From Hormiphora californensis (lineage: Eukaryota; Animalia; Ctenophora), in contig CM035354.1 of assembly GCA_020137815.1 (NCBI GenBank), forward strand, positions 6,758,001-6,822,000: 64,000 nucleotides of DNA, given 5' to 3'. Under the pieces are notes generated by a model that saw only the letters and a program-made list of their open reading frames with translations, was not told where the DNA came from and did not search any database. Below are positions 16,732 to 30,300 of the stretch, in pieces; the stretch's first letter is position 1, and each line of letters begins with the position of its first letter. The position numbers and the translations under genes were made by a program.

Positions 16732-18960
16732 ATATCCTCAGAATGGCCTCTAAATTTATCCAGAGAGAGATAATTTCGGGGACTTCAGTGTTCAACTGTC
16801 GTTTTTGTGCATGATAAAATTTTGTATATCTAGAGAACTCTCTTTTTTGCTGCCAGTATCTATTTATTAAAAGATGGGGAGAAAGAAAGGGAGAGAGAAT
16901 ATTTCAGTAGTGCAGAGTTTCTCACTTTTTGAGAGAGGGATTTAAATTTGTGACTTTTATCTCCTTTTTTGTGGATTCTAAAATAATTTAATTTAATTGT
17001 ATCTCTGTTTAGAGATTTTAGACAGAAAGAGAGGAAGATGGAGTATGTGTGTGTGTCTATATTTAATAGATTATTCGTGTGCATATATACAAAGTTGAAC
17101 CCTTAATTAAATCACTTTGTCGTCCGATGTTATCTACTAATGTCTGTTCATACAATATGGCCCGCACGATATTATCCGATTTAGGCCGATCAGTCATGCA
17201 TCAGCGTGATCTAGATTCATCTGTAATGGCATTAGCAGAAGATGGTCTATGTAGAAGCAACAGTACCACTGCCACAATGATCTTGGTAATTGAGAGATCA
17301 GTGACCGCAGAGTGGAACCCCTTGTTCCGGTCTCCCTGACTGTAACGCGCGGTGCTCTTTCACCAGTTCGTCTTATCAGGGAATAGATGCGCCGAGTGCG
17401 CGCGCGCTCAACTTGGACTCTTGAGGCGCCGTCACCGGGACGTCATCTTCACAGCTCCAGATCGCCACCGCACATATTCATTGGTGGGGTGAGTGCCTCT
17501 TCGGTCCCACTGTTTCTTGCATTAAACCAAACTGATAGCTTTGTCTGAATTAACCCACCAGGTTCGGACTGGCGTGGTTTATACTTTATTTGACAACGGA
17601 AATAGATACTTCCATACGGCATTCCGGATTCCCTTCGAATTCAATTCCACAATTCCAGGAAGTCATTAAAACACGATTGTTTGCGGAGTGTGACATGGCA
17701 TTACGCATTAACAAACATTAAATAACATTTTTTCACAGTTGGCGAAATTCATACACCCAAAATGGCACGTCTATTTCTTAAAAACCAAAACCTAAGTTTA
17801 AACTCATGCGGTACGGTGTATAGTGTGTATAATGTGGACAACAACTAGCAGGGGAGAGGTGTAATATATATATATTTGTGGTTAAAGCTGTATAAAGCAG
17901 TGCTCCACACGAACACTGGGCAGGTTAAGTTACCACAGATCTGTCCTGGAGATATCTCCCAATATTTAGGAAAAATTAGGGCTCTCTCAGGACAGACCTT
18001 CGGGTAACTTTTTGGGCAGAAAATAACTTACGGCAACACGTACACACACAAACACATGATAAAACTTGTAATATCTATATGTATTTGGGCGAGAGAGGGG
18101 GCTCGGTATAGTCTGTAGTAGGGATTCCCAAGGATGCAGAGTATAGATTTTACACCCCGCTGTGTTGTAATACAAAGCATGCAAGTCCTAGCGAAAAAAG
18201 GAGATAAAGAAAAAGGGGAGGTAAATATTATATATATAACTGATGGGGGACTCTCTGTTTTAACCCCGTATATTACCGATCTTTAAAAAAGGGACGGGGT
18301 GTATAATAGGGTGAAAGGTGGATGTCTCTGATAGAACGGTGGCAATGGCGAACAGAAAGAAGTGCGTGAAAGAGAAATCCCGGAAATATCACTGGTCTAC
18401 AAAAAACTAAGTTTACCATTCGTGTGTGTCGTTTGAATCAGACCCACTTGGGGCTTGTCTGGCGGCACCGACCCGATCTGAGCGCATTGTTTAAGGATCA
18501 AAATAGGGTCTGGCGGCGTCAGACAGCTCGGGGCCGACAAAACAGATGGGACGATGTGTAGAAGCATGAGGGTCCGTTATGAATCTATGTATTTACACAC
18601 ACATAATGATATATATATCGGTATATTGCCACCTGGGTACTTGTAACTGATAGCCAAGGATTAGGATTGAGAGAAAGAGGGGGATGAAGAGAGAGAGATG
18701 GTAAAATATGATGACGTGAGATGACGTCATTCGACTCTACCATTCAAGAACATTGAGAAGTGGGTAACATGCGAGAAGAATAATATTCTAGACCAACTGA
18801 ATGAACAGTGTGAGTGTTTAAAGGATAAAAGGGTTCAAAAATAGGAGGCATTGTTGTCTCATTTTCCTGTGTAATTATCCTCTCTTTCCTTCAAAAAGTC
18901 CGGAGAAAACAGGAAGGAGTGGTGGGAGAAAGAGAGTCCGTATGTATCTGATGGCAAGGT

Positions 18961-21900
18961 TCATGGGCTTTTCTTGAGCTCGTTGTTTATCCTGGAAAGA
19001 GAGGATGATTAGGCCTAGGAAACTGTTTTTAAAACCCTGAAATATTGTCAAAAATAGGATGATTAGGAAACTGTTTTTCACATCCCTGATCCCACGTCCT
19101 AACCCCCCTGTCTAAACTGTATAATTTCAATAGGTGAACCACTTACTGGTAGTTAATGAGGTATTTGGCGGTGGAGACGGCGTCAGGGGTTCCAGAGATG
19201 GTGATGGTTCGGGAGGGATCATCCCCAGGACTGCTAATCCGGATCTGCGCTTGGGAGAGGTCCCGGATCTGACGGATTTTGATCCCATTCTTTCCGATTA
19301 CACACCCAATTAGCTGAGAAAGAGAGATAGAATGTGTTAACAAGATTACTCCAGTGTTTCCACACACACTGTGGAATGTTCCGTTCTTCAGAATGCCTTC
19401 CATAGTTTGTGTGTGACTATGTGTGTGTGTCACATATATCGCGTCGCGGAGCCCAGGGCCGCGCGGTCGGCGTGTGTCGTGCCGGCAGCGCCGAGACTTC
19501 CACTTTCAATTGTGGAGCGGTCGGGGCGCGTTCCTGACATGTTAGTTCCGTGTATTGCTACAGCAGCTCTGAATCCGATTGGTATAGAAGTGACACTGAC
19601 CTCCTTTTGCACAGTCATCGTGTCGGTGCTGCTCTGAGTTGCGGTGCCCTTGGTAAAGGCCCCACTTGACATTGACCTCTGAAGGATACAGATATGGTTA
19701 GAATATCTATAAAACCGTGACGTCACGATGATTCATAATATGCTAATATTCTAATTTCTAATGTTATTCATCAATTCAAAAGGTAACCACAACATACCCT
19801 GGGTGGGTTTCCTGCCCCTTGGTGGATGATCCTCCCAGCACGTTGCATTTGAATGTGGCTGTTAACACGAAATGGAACGTGGTTCCCCTTAGCTGGATTC
19901 TGCAGAATCGAGTTTTAGACAAGGAAAATGAGAGGAAGGAGGGAGAGTAGAGAGAGAGAATACCCGGGCATATTTTTTTCGATAGAAGTGTCACTCCTAC
20001 CCAGATTAACTTCCTTGTACAGCTTAGCATTTAACCCAGTACCCGCATATTTCAACAAATTACAAACACTAAATACAACAGTCTCTCCCTCCCCTCACCT
20101 CGTGTAGAATGGCCGCCAGATAACGGACACACTCCCGAATATCAGTGGAAGCTCCGCTGACACAGATACTGCGGTCTGTGGAACCAAACAGCACCTCGTG
20201 ACTTATCTGAAAGAGAGAGGAGGGTAAATTAATGATAAGGGAATTATTATTAAATTTTGAGTAGCGGAAAATGATTTTGGGGAAACGAGGAGGGAAGCAC
20301 ATTAAAATGAGAGATAGGGATTACGAGCCACGGATGAAGACTCAAGAGACAGAGAGAGAAAAGATAGACTGGTGAGTCATATGCAGAGGTTCACGAATCA
20401 CGGGTTGATAAGGAGGGAAGCCTACCACACATCCGTCCGTCACCCCATATTATCCTGCATATTTAAGCTGACGTAGGATGGACTTATCATACATCAAGAC
20501 AAAGAAAGAGGGGAGGGAGAGAGAGGGGACAGAGAGATAGAGTTAGAGAGAGGGGACAGAGTGAGGGACAGAGAAAGATGGAGAGAGGGGGTTGTGGGAG
20601 GGACAAGGGATGGGAGCCATCATCCCAGCCTCGCTTATCACAAATTTAGGTGTTATATTAGTCTAGGAAATTTTGGACTTAAGTGTTGGGTTCCCAGCAG
20701 TAGCCCTCCAAAATTTGGCTAATTATATACTTGGCAATCTCACCAGGATTTGTGTGTTGGTTTTGGTTCGGAGTTCTTTAATTGTTTCCCCCTTAGTCCC
20801 AATTACAGCGCCAGGTAATTGAGTTAGGGAATAGGATCTCCAGTCTCACATCCTCGCCCTGCTCCGAGCTGTTTTCCTGGAAGAGAGATGAGGTGTGGTG
20901 AGTTGAACTCCAATACAAAAGTTGGTATATTATCGTCGGCTGGTAGTGATAGTTAAAGTGACTAGACGTGGATAAGGAGATGATGAAGCTATATAATGAA
21001 GACCATCCGGGCAATTTTGGAGAAGGGGAGAGAGGGAGAGAGAGAGGGAGAAGAGGGAGGACGAGAATAAAAAAGAAAAATGAGAAAAAGGGGGGGGGAA
21101 AGAAGAAGAGGGAGGAAAAAAAAAAGAAAAAAAAGAAGAATACAAACCCCCGGGATTTTAATAATAGGGGGGGGAATATATGAAAATTTATTAAACAGGG
21201 GCTCCCCGGCTAATTTTCTGTCTCCCTATCTCTCTATCCCTCCCAGGGTATTCTATGTGTGTGTGTGAGTGATGGTCGAAGTGTGAGAATATATTATAAG
21301 CGGCCTATCTCACAACTCCATACTCTTCCGGGCCGAAAATGATTGCAACAAATTGTTTTTAGGGTTTGTGTTGTCAACTTTTTTCCTCTTCTCTCTCCCC
21401 CTCCTTCTTTTCATTTTCCCCAAACCCTTTTTTTTTTAACTCATTTGGGGCTTTTTTTTTCCCTATCTTTCTTTCTATCTCTCCACCTGACTAAACAAAC
21501 AACAATCCCAGCCTATTCGTGGGGATGTGAAAATGCTAGAGCAAAACCCCACCCAAAAATTAGGAAATGATTAAACACCACCGCTGCCGCAGCAACAAAA
21601 CTCCATTTTGTTGCTGCTATACAAACAAGACAGGGAAGGGGAGAGAGAAAAAAAACAAAAAAGAGGAGAGAACGGGGGGGGGGGAGGAAAAGGGGGATAG
21701 AGAAGAGGGGGGGGGGGGGGGGGTTTTTTTTTTTGGGGGGGGCTGGGTTTTGTCGCCGCCCCAACCCTTGGGGTTGTTTTTTTTTTTGGGAAAGAGAATC
21801 CGTGTCAAGAAATGGGGGGGGCCCCCTTCCCGCAGAGAAACCTGGCCATACCACACGCTTTAAATTTTGTACCCAACTGTTACATTATGGATAACAAAAT

Positions 21901-24449
21901 GAGAACAACGTGATTTACAATGTTAAAACGTGATTAGATGTCAGTAGATTACAGATGGTAAAAGTATCAGGGGTTCCCCTAAAGTAAAGTACCCAATTTT
22001 GTACTAAAGGGGAAATTATAGCAGTCACGTTTTACACAATCGTTATACAAACTATATGTTAAATGGTAGGTACCTCTAATCTTGAGGCGATAAGTAGGGG
22101 CCCGTTTGTCCATGATTTTTTCCCATAGTACGTTTCCCCTTTTCCGGGGGCCCAAAATGGTTTTTTTTGCTTCTGAAAAAGAAAAAAATTTTTAAAAAAC
22201 AATAGGGGAACAAATTTTTGGTTTTTTTTGGCCCCCTGGGTCCCCAGGGCTTTTTTAAACAAACCCCCCCCTTCCCCCGGGGGGTTTTTTTTTTTCAAAA
22301 AACCGTTTCCTTTTCCCGTTTATATGGGGGCTGGGCCCCAAAAACATTAAAAAAACAAATTCCTGGGGCCTTTTTCCCAAAAACCCTTTCACTTTTGGGT
22401 AAAAGTTTTTAAAGGACGGCTTTTAAAAGACAAGAAGCCAAAAAAAGGGGGACCCCAAAAAAAAGGAGAGAAAGGGGCGAGGAGGGTTTTGAGGGGGAGG
22501 AAGGGGAAAAAAAAAAAAGAAGGAAAAGGGGACCAAGGGGGGGGGAGGGGAAAATTTTTTAAGACTTTTTAAAAGCCGTCCCCTTTTTTCCAAATTAGTT
22601 ATGAACCTGTTTTGAGTTAAAGGGGGAAAAGAACCCCCGGGTTCCGGGGGGTTTAAACCCACTTAGGGGCCAAATTTGGGAGTAATGAATTTGGTTTTCT
22701 TTTGGGGGTTTTTTAAAAGGATTTTTTGTTTACCCCCCTTTAAATTAGAAATAAAAAAAAATGTTTAAAATTTTTCGAAAAAACCTTTTGTTTTTTTTGG
22801 TTTTGTATGCACCGGTAAAAATTTTTTTAAGGTGACCTTCATCTTTTTATCCTTCTTCTTCTCTCTCCCTCTTTTTCTCCATACCCTTTATGCGTTAACA
22901 CAGTCACATACAAAGGCAGAACATATGTACACAGGGGGGGCATAAGAGAACAAAGAAAAAAAAGAGAGAGAAGAGAGAGATAGAGAGAGGGAGAGAGAGA
23001 GGGGAGAGAGAGGAGAGAGAAAAGAGAGAAAAGAGAAAGGAAGAAAGAGAAGAGAGAGAGAGCGAGAGAGAGAGAGAGAGAAGAAGAGAGGGGGAGAGAG
23101 AGAGGAAGGTGAAGAGAGAGATAGAGAGAAAGAAGGGAAGAGAAGGTTCGGGGAAATGTTGTCAAACTTTGTACCGGCTTGTCGTCCCTTGATCACATAC
23201 GTTGTGTAAATGTGTAAGTGCATATTTTTATTTGTAGAGAGTACATAAAGATAGAAAGAGAGAGAGAAAGAGACTCCCGCTCTCTACTGAGGGACATGTT
23301 GAACAAATCACGTGACCAGTCCGGCCGAATAATTTGAAAACACATTAAACGTATCATTTAATAGTGGATACTGGATTGAACATATATTATTGTATTATAT
23401 TTTCAGATATTTATAAAAACATTAGTAAATGTGCGAAAGACAGCCTAGTGTACTGAAGTACGAGTCGTGTATCCGTGTGCACAGATTTAATTTTGTGACA
23501 GATGGCGATGGTGCATCGAGTCTCGAGACGAGAATTTGAGGGGAGACATATTGGGGTGTAATGTAAGAGAGAAGAGAGAACAAAAGAGGGGATGGGTAGA
23601 AAGAGGAAGACGGAAAACATAGCAGCAGGCTGACAAATTTAAATTACCTATCGATCAAGGTCTGTCATTTCTATGAAACATTCAAACATTCCAAGAAATA
23701 TATAACGCACACATCCTGCTAAAGTCGGATTTTTTGAAACTGTCACCCCCCTGGGTATTTTCAAACTTCGTAAATGACTATAAAACCGGTTCCTGACGAG
23801 ATAGAGACTTGAAATTTGGAGGTTACGAAGATCTTGCTAAGTTCTTCCGAACCTCCAAATTTCAAGTCTCTATCTTATCAGGAACCGGAGATATGGCAAA
23901 TTTTGTTATTTCAGGGGGGTGACAGTTTCAAAAAATCCGACTTTAAATGAAGACGCCAAGTAGAGTGTAGACACTAAATATACAATATATTCATTTAAAT
24001 CGTTGACAGAAATAAAATTACTACTGCTGAACGTGTCCCGAAGTTTGTCGCAATTAAAGTAATACCTACATCTAATATCACTCGGTTATCACTAAGTTCA
24101 GTACTCACTTCTTCTCTAATGGAGTTTATCGTAGCCCCCTTACGGCCTATGATAGCGCCTATATCCTGAGGGGTTATAATTATTATTTAATTGCGAATGA
24201 GAGAGAGATGTTTAGTAGGGATGTAGTCCGCCAGGCGCGAGCCCCTACTGCCAACATATCATGTCACATATAGCATCTATCCTGAATAACTAATAAGTCT
24301 AAATCAAACATTGAGTTTTCTCTCTCTCCTCTATCTCTCTCTAGCTCTCCTCTAGCTCTCTTCCTAACTTCTTCTCGGCAACTTACTCTGGAGGGTAGGA
24401 GGAGTCGAAGGGTAACGATGCCACCATCTTCAATCGACTCGGGAAGCAT
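18961..24449 (-). CDS. Multi-KH-domain RNA-binding protein (poly(rC)-binding protein / hnRNP E-K-like); part of the N-terminal KH is unresolved in low-quality sequence
   Basis: Exons read MLPESIEDGGIVTLRLLLPSR (24449-~24387); EDVRLEILFPNSI(T)GAVIGTKGETIKELRTKTNTQIL (~20744-20876, 1-nt frameshift); ISHEVLFGSTDRSICVSGA (~20099-20206); LIGCVIGKNGIKIRQIRDLSQAQIRIS...RTITISGTPDAVSTAKYLIN (~19147-19313); last exon QINNELKKSP*. GxxG KH motifs present. Confidence 0.75.
20950..23150. other. Low-quality, homopolymer-inflated sequence (probable unpolished read segment)
   Basis: Dense long runs of G, C, A and T unlike the flanks; degraded (GA)n; adjacent exon frameshift. Confidence 0.7.
23722..23943. 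mobile_element. MITE with TIR aagtcggattttttgaaactgtcacccccc and TA duplication (copy 2), with an extra internal hairpin
   Basis: Same TIR family as 11638-11788; internal inverted repeat ccggttcctga...gacttgaaatttggagg / cctccaaatttcaagtc...tcaggaaccgg. Confidence 0.85.
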
Positions 24450-25090
24450 GGTGCACGCTATTCAGGGGAGGGGAGGCTAACACCCCGGGGGACGTGGTTA
24501 GTTAATTAATATCGTCGTTAATTAAGTTATTAATAATCGTAACTAACAAATAATTAAATATATTCATTTATAGATATTAATCAAAACAAACGTCAGCAGC
24601 ATATATACCATCACCATTGGAAAAAGAGAGAAAATGTATGAAAGATAAAAATAATAACTTAGTGTATCTCCGTCTTCTATAAAAATCAAATTCCCCCATT
24701 TTTGGTAATGAGATTGCAGGAATATAATGCGTTTGTACGTAGGATTTCTCTCTGGTAAGGTATGCATAAAATGTAACATAGAGCTATCATTTGTGTGATT
24801 CTTTCTTTCTCTCTCACACATTCTCTCTTTCTCTCACTCTCTTTCTCTCTCTCTCTCTTTTCTCACACTCCTGATCGTTCAATCTGCAACAGCGTCATCG
24901 ACCATCGTAAGAGCCCTCACAATTTATCTGTGACACAACGTGTGGACCGAGAAAGCTTTTACTCAAACTGGACACGACACTCTGCACACGAAACCCATGG
25001 GACAATGTATGGGCAATACAGATTAATAGGTAATAGAGACTGGGCAATACATCGAGACAAGATGGGAAGATGGATCATTGAGAGGGAGAC

Positions 25091-25162
<72 letters not shown>

Positions 25163-25165
25163 CGA

Positions 25166-25224
<59 letters not shown>

Positions 25225-25629
25225 GGAGACATAGAGAGGTAGATAGAGAGAGATAGAGAGGAAGAGAGAGAGAAAATGAACTGGGAGAATTATAAGTCGG
25301 TGACATAAACACAAGGGCCATCCAAGTAGACAATGGGATACTGAGGGGGGGAGAGAGAAAGAGAGAGTGAGAGTGAGGGAGAGAGAGAGAGGGAGAGGGA
25401 GAGAGAGAGAGAGGGGGGAGAGAAAAGAGAGAATAAAAGAGAGACTATTATTACTACTCTAGAGCTGTTTATTCTCGCACGTGTGCACTGTTAGAAGATC
25501 AAATGGAGCGAGGACATTGGAAATGGTGCAAACATCACACACACATAGAACCATGAGAGGTCTGCAGAAGATTCTAAGTTGAGTGAGGAACGAGAGAGAG
25601 AATGATGGAGAAAGAATGATAGAGAGAGT

Positions 25630-25670
<41 letters not shown>

Positions 25671-26123
25671 ACAGAGACACACAGAGAGGATAGAGAGATG
25701 AAGGCGAAAGGAATGGGAGAGAATTGCCCACATGGAATTAAAGCACTGGCGTGTACAAACTCACGACACTATAAGTGTATAGAGAGTTACGTGCTAACAA
25801 CAAGCAGAACAACAAACTGCCCACAAAGCCCCTTTCTCTCACTCTCTCACTCTCTCTCTCTCCCTCTCTTTTTCTCTCTTTACCTATGTCTCTCACATAT
25901 CTTTCTCTCTATCCGAAACCGTGTCTAAACTTCCCTTATTCATCCTCTCGAGGCTAAAATACCCTATTTCTACAATCAATGATACGAAAGCATGAGATTG
26001 TGCAAAATCAGCAGCCCCAGAAAATAATACCCTTCCCTGGCCCCTCACACACTCCCATCTCTCTCTCTCCTACTTCCCTCTCTCTATCATACTTCCCTCT
26101 TTCTCTCTGTGCTGGTAACAGGG

Positions 26124-26900
26124 TTAGCGCCTCACATTTGAAACTCGATCTCCCCCTCCAGCTCCAGGTGCGAGATGCCGGGACATTATCTTGGCCGCAG
26201 CTGACCTATCCACTAGAACGGACCGGGCAACAGCTGCTTTCAACCTTTCACATTTCACCATTACTGACAAGACATTGGATGTCACCGAATTTGGGGGCTC
26301 TCGACTGAGTTTTAGTTCTCCTTCAAATTGAGAGAAGATTTCATTTGCTGTTTGTGCGTCTGTCAGACAGAGAATATGATTAACAGTCCTATCCTCTTCC
26401 CGGACCTCGTAGCAGTTAACAGCACCTTGTCGGTAGTAAGATCTGAGTGTTCGTCTGATGATACCATAGCCAATACTCCGGGATAAGAGGACAAATGGAT
26501 ACTCCGTCGCAAAGTTATCGGGGAGGGAGTTATTAGTTCGTGTAAAAATTGTAAAATCACGATTAGGTTCCCTCATTTTGCAGTTTCTGATACCTGTTCG
26601 ATACTCAAACTCTGATTCTCTACTATCAAACTTCTCCTCTTCTCCCTCTGGTACATCAACTATCTTGATCCGAGAGCGGGGTTTGAATATAACAGGTCTC
26701 CGGTCAGGTTCAACACCTACTGAGACCGTCTGAAATGCAGGATGATCCTGGAGGGTACTGTGAAGGAGGAACCTCATTTTGGCAGAAAATGGCGGGAAAG
26801 TAACGGCTGTGACGTCATCATTACAGGAATCCTCAATTGATTGGATCTCCTTAACTAGGAGGTCCTTGAAACATCCCTCTAACACGTTATCGTCACACAT
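26124..26900 (-). CDS. R3H-domain protein, R3HCC1/R3HCC1L-like (258 aa, intronless)
   Basis: R3H motif FPPFSAKMRFLLHSTL...TVSVGVEPDRRPVIF; degenerate RRM-like segment; C-terminal DRSAAAKIMSRHL resembles the R3HCC1L tail. Confidence 0.75.
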   Translation of the reverse strand: MCDDNVLEGCFKDLLVKEIQSIEDSCNDDVTAVTFPPFSAKMRFLLHSTLQDHPAFQTVSVGVEPDRRPVIFKPRSRIKIVDVPEGEEEKFDSRESEFEYRTGIRNCKMREPNRDFTIFTRTNNSLPDNFATEYPFVLLSRSIGYGIIRRTLRSYYRQGAVNCYEVREEDRTVNHILCLTDAQTANEIFSQFEGELKLSREPPNSVTSNVLSVMVKCERLKAAVARSVLVDRSAAAKIMSRHLAPGAGGGDRVSNVRR

Positions 26901-27354
26901 ATATGGAGACTCCTTCTTGTTCCTTTAGCTCTGCACGGCCTAATTCGAAAGGTAAATATATATTTTTCGTGATAGTAGTATGAGTGTTTGTAGAGAGAGA
27001 GAGGAAAAGAGTTACTGAGAAAACAGTGGTGGTAGCTGCTGCGACACAGGGGAGAACACACAAACACACATGGAAGATAAAAACAAGAGCAGTGGACTGT
27101 GTAAAACGGAAAAATGTAAAATATAGCACGTTACAAAATCAAAATTAATCATAAAAACAAAGCCCTCCCTTCTTTACCAGCTCACTAATGGAGAGAAACA
27201 TAGAGCAAATTAGTCTCTCTAGGAGAGAGAGAGAAAGCACAAGAAAGAGAAGTTGAAAAACACACATATTCTACTCACACACACACAGAAATCATCTCCT
27301 CCGGTCCAGCCGGGGTATAAAACAATCTCTAGTTGTCATGGTTACAAATTCATC

Positions 27355-30300
27355 TCACATTCCTGCAGCAGGAGCAGCCTGATCATCAGAGACAGCTGGG
27401 TCGGAGGGGGCAGCAGGTAAATCCTCGAGATCAGTCCTAAAGAAGATCCTAGCACTGGATAGGGAATAGTATAACAGTTCAAACTCCTGCCTATACTCAT
27501 CAAGTCTCTTCATGGTGAGAGTGTTGGTTTGGTCCAACTTCACATCTACCTCTCCCCTCCTACTGCTTTTGCTCTCCTGCACGGCCTGCTCCTCCCGCCC
27601 AAACTTGTGGTTTACACTTTGGAACCAGTGGAGGGAATCAAAAGCGGAGTACTGGTCGAGCAGCTTTAGAATGTATGCTACACCCATACTAAACCCGTCG
27701 TCAGTGAAAGTAGCACCAGCTTTATTTTTCTTGTTGATTTTCTCCTTTCCATTCATCATCTGTTCCACGTAGTTTAGTGTCAGGGGTGGAATGATCATGT
27801 AGAAGTTCTTGAGGTGCTTGTTTTTCTGGCTCGTGAACGAGGGTGTAAACACATCTACCAGCATTTTAAAGTACTGCGTCCCCTCGGTCAGGTTTTTGGT
27901 CAAATTCTCCAGGACACTATCGAGGTTTGCTGCCGATTGGACGGTCTCTGGCTGAAGGCCCTCCTCTCTACATATTTCCTCCAGGTTAACAATGTAATCC
28001 AAGTCTGGAACAAACTTGATGGCATTAGCACATGCGTGAATGCCACCCGATCGAATCATCCGGATGTAGCCCATGGCGTTACCAATGTGAGTGATCAAAA
28101 TGCGAAACTGATCCAAAAATGATAAACCTTCCGGGGTGAGGCCTAATTTTCGGATACCCCGATTAAACTTGTCAGCACGATCGTACGGATACCGGGAATC
28201 CAACTCCTCCTTGTGCTCCTTAAAATACCTCGCATCCTTCAATAACCGGGAGTAGATGTGATCATCATAAAGAAATTGCGAGAATACAAAGAACTTCTTC
28301 CGCAAATACTGGAATGTGAAGTTGACTGTGGTGTTCATGATTCCGGTTCCGTGTGTCCTGATCGAGTTGGCAATGTGCCGAATATTGATGGTATTCAGGA
28401 ATTTGTTGTTGCTGCTCTGTTCCACAAACAGCTGGTTGTTCAAGTTGTACGAATACCGGGACACGAACACGTGTATATTTCTCATGATCTCCAACACATC
28501 GATACCCTGCTCTATTGTTTGACTTGGTAGGTGGGGCTCCAGAAGTTCCAGACTGTATTTTTGGGATGCGAGGTTCCTCATCGCAGCATAGCTCCTCCAG
28601 TCGTGAAGTGCAACTGTTGTGAGGTTGTAAAATGTGGTGTCAAGATAGAGCGTCACGTGTTGCTTTATGTCGAGGTAGCCGTCAAAAAACCGAATCGGTG
28701 GGGCTTGAAGCAGTGCACGGATGTTCTTCAAACCAACTTTGAAAGGGTTTCTGTCATCCAGCTGGAGGTGAGCGTGAGTGGAGAGCCGCAGGTCTGTCTC
28801 AATCTCAGTGCAGAGAGGTGACAGGATTTCCTGTTCGAAAAACTCCCGTATATCCGAGGTGAAGTGCTCCAGAGGATCAGTATCACTTGGTAAATGTCGC
28901 ATCATAAGGATGGGTGGTCTACAATCAGAGAGGGTTGCAAACAGGAAGGGGAGGTCACCTGCCAGGGAGGGATTAGTGTACACGTGAGACAGGTAGACCT
29001 GTACAAAGGTACGGTGCCAGTAGATAATGGAAGTATCACACGCCTCCCGGACTTTCACCTGATACTCAGTGATCACTTTAATCCGCCGGAAAATGTTGAT
29101 AAACATGGCGTAATCGTCCGAGGAGAGGACCATACGGTTCTGCTTAACTATCTCCAGGGCCAACTGACAGACGACCTTGCGAGGGGTATTGCAGCAGCCG
29201 TTCATGCACTGTTGGATGAGGTTCAGTGCTGCAATGACATCCAGACTCGAATCAGTGTACTTCTTATCTTGGGTCAGCTTCTTTTTCATGTCCTCGATAG
29301 TTTTTAGAAGTTTCAGCGAGAATTGTTGGTTTAGATGTGCAGATGATATAGAGAATATCTCCTCTCGCTCGTAGAACATACATTCGATAACCTTGAGAAG
29401 CTTGATGAGCTCAATACAGGATAATACCGTGCTCTTTGTGATTGGTTTCGCCAAGTTATAATGCATATTCAAAAGGAGACACACCGAACTGGAAATATTC
29501 CGAGCTAGTACCAGACCATTTGTAACGGACGCACAAACACTTTCCAGACCTGCCTGAACTGAGGTTTCAGTTACCACTGAGCTATCGTTAACTTGGACCG
29601 CCCAGGATGCCACATGAGCCCGGAAATTTTCAACATCTTTCGGCAGAGACTGGATGGCTAGTTGGAGGTATGATTGCCGGGCAGTAACTACCGCTGTATC
29701 CATTTTCTTGTCCACCATCTTGTTTGAGAATGGCAGGGAGCGTTTTAGGAAGCTGTTTAAGGAGAGCATAATTGTCCCGTACATCTGGATGAAAGGGAGC
29801 TTCTTATGTAAATCCCATATCTGCCGAAACGATTTCCTATCCTGGACATGGAATGCGATACTGTGGAACACAAACAATGTAACCGGGGCGAGGAGCTCAA
29901 ATTGTAATTCCCTGTCCTTAGAGCTTGTCAGCGCTGAATCATATGTAGAGATCATTGAGGTGATTGCATGCTTCATTTCTTGCTGTAGACCAGAGGACAG
30001 ATTGTTTATTTTAAACCGCATACAGTTCAGAAACACCCGGCCATTAAATAGCTCCGACTCTAGAGCGGTGAGAAGTTTGTCGAAACTTCGCATTCGTTTC
30101 TCTTCAAAGTTGAACTGCTCTGATTTGTGAACGGACCGGAGTATAGACCGATAGAGGCTCCAGTGCTCATTGAGAATGTTACTGTTCTCAATGACTTCGT
30201 CCAGTACAACCTGAAGAGAGAAGAGCGTTCCCAGGGCCTCGAACACAGTGTGGAAATGAACATCCTTCGTGACGATAGATTGGGCAACCTTTTCCTGGCC

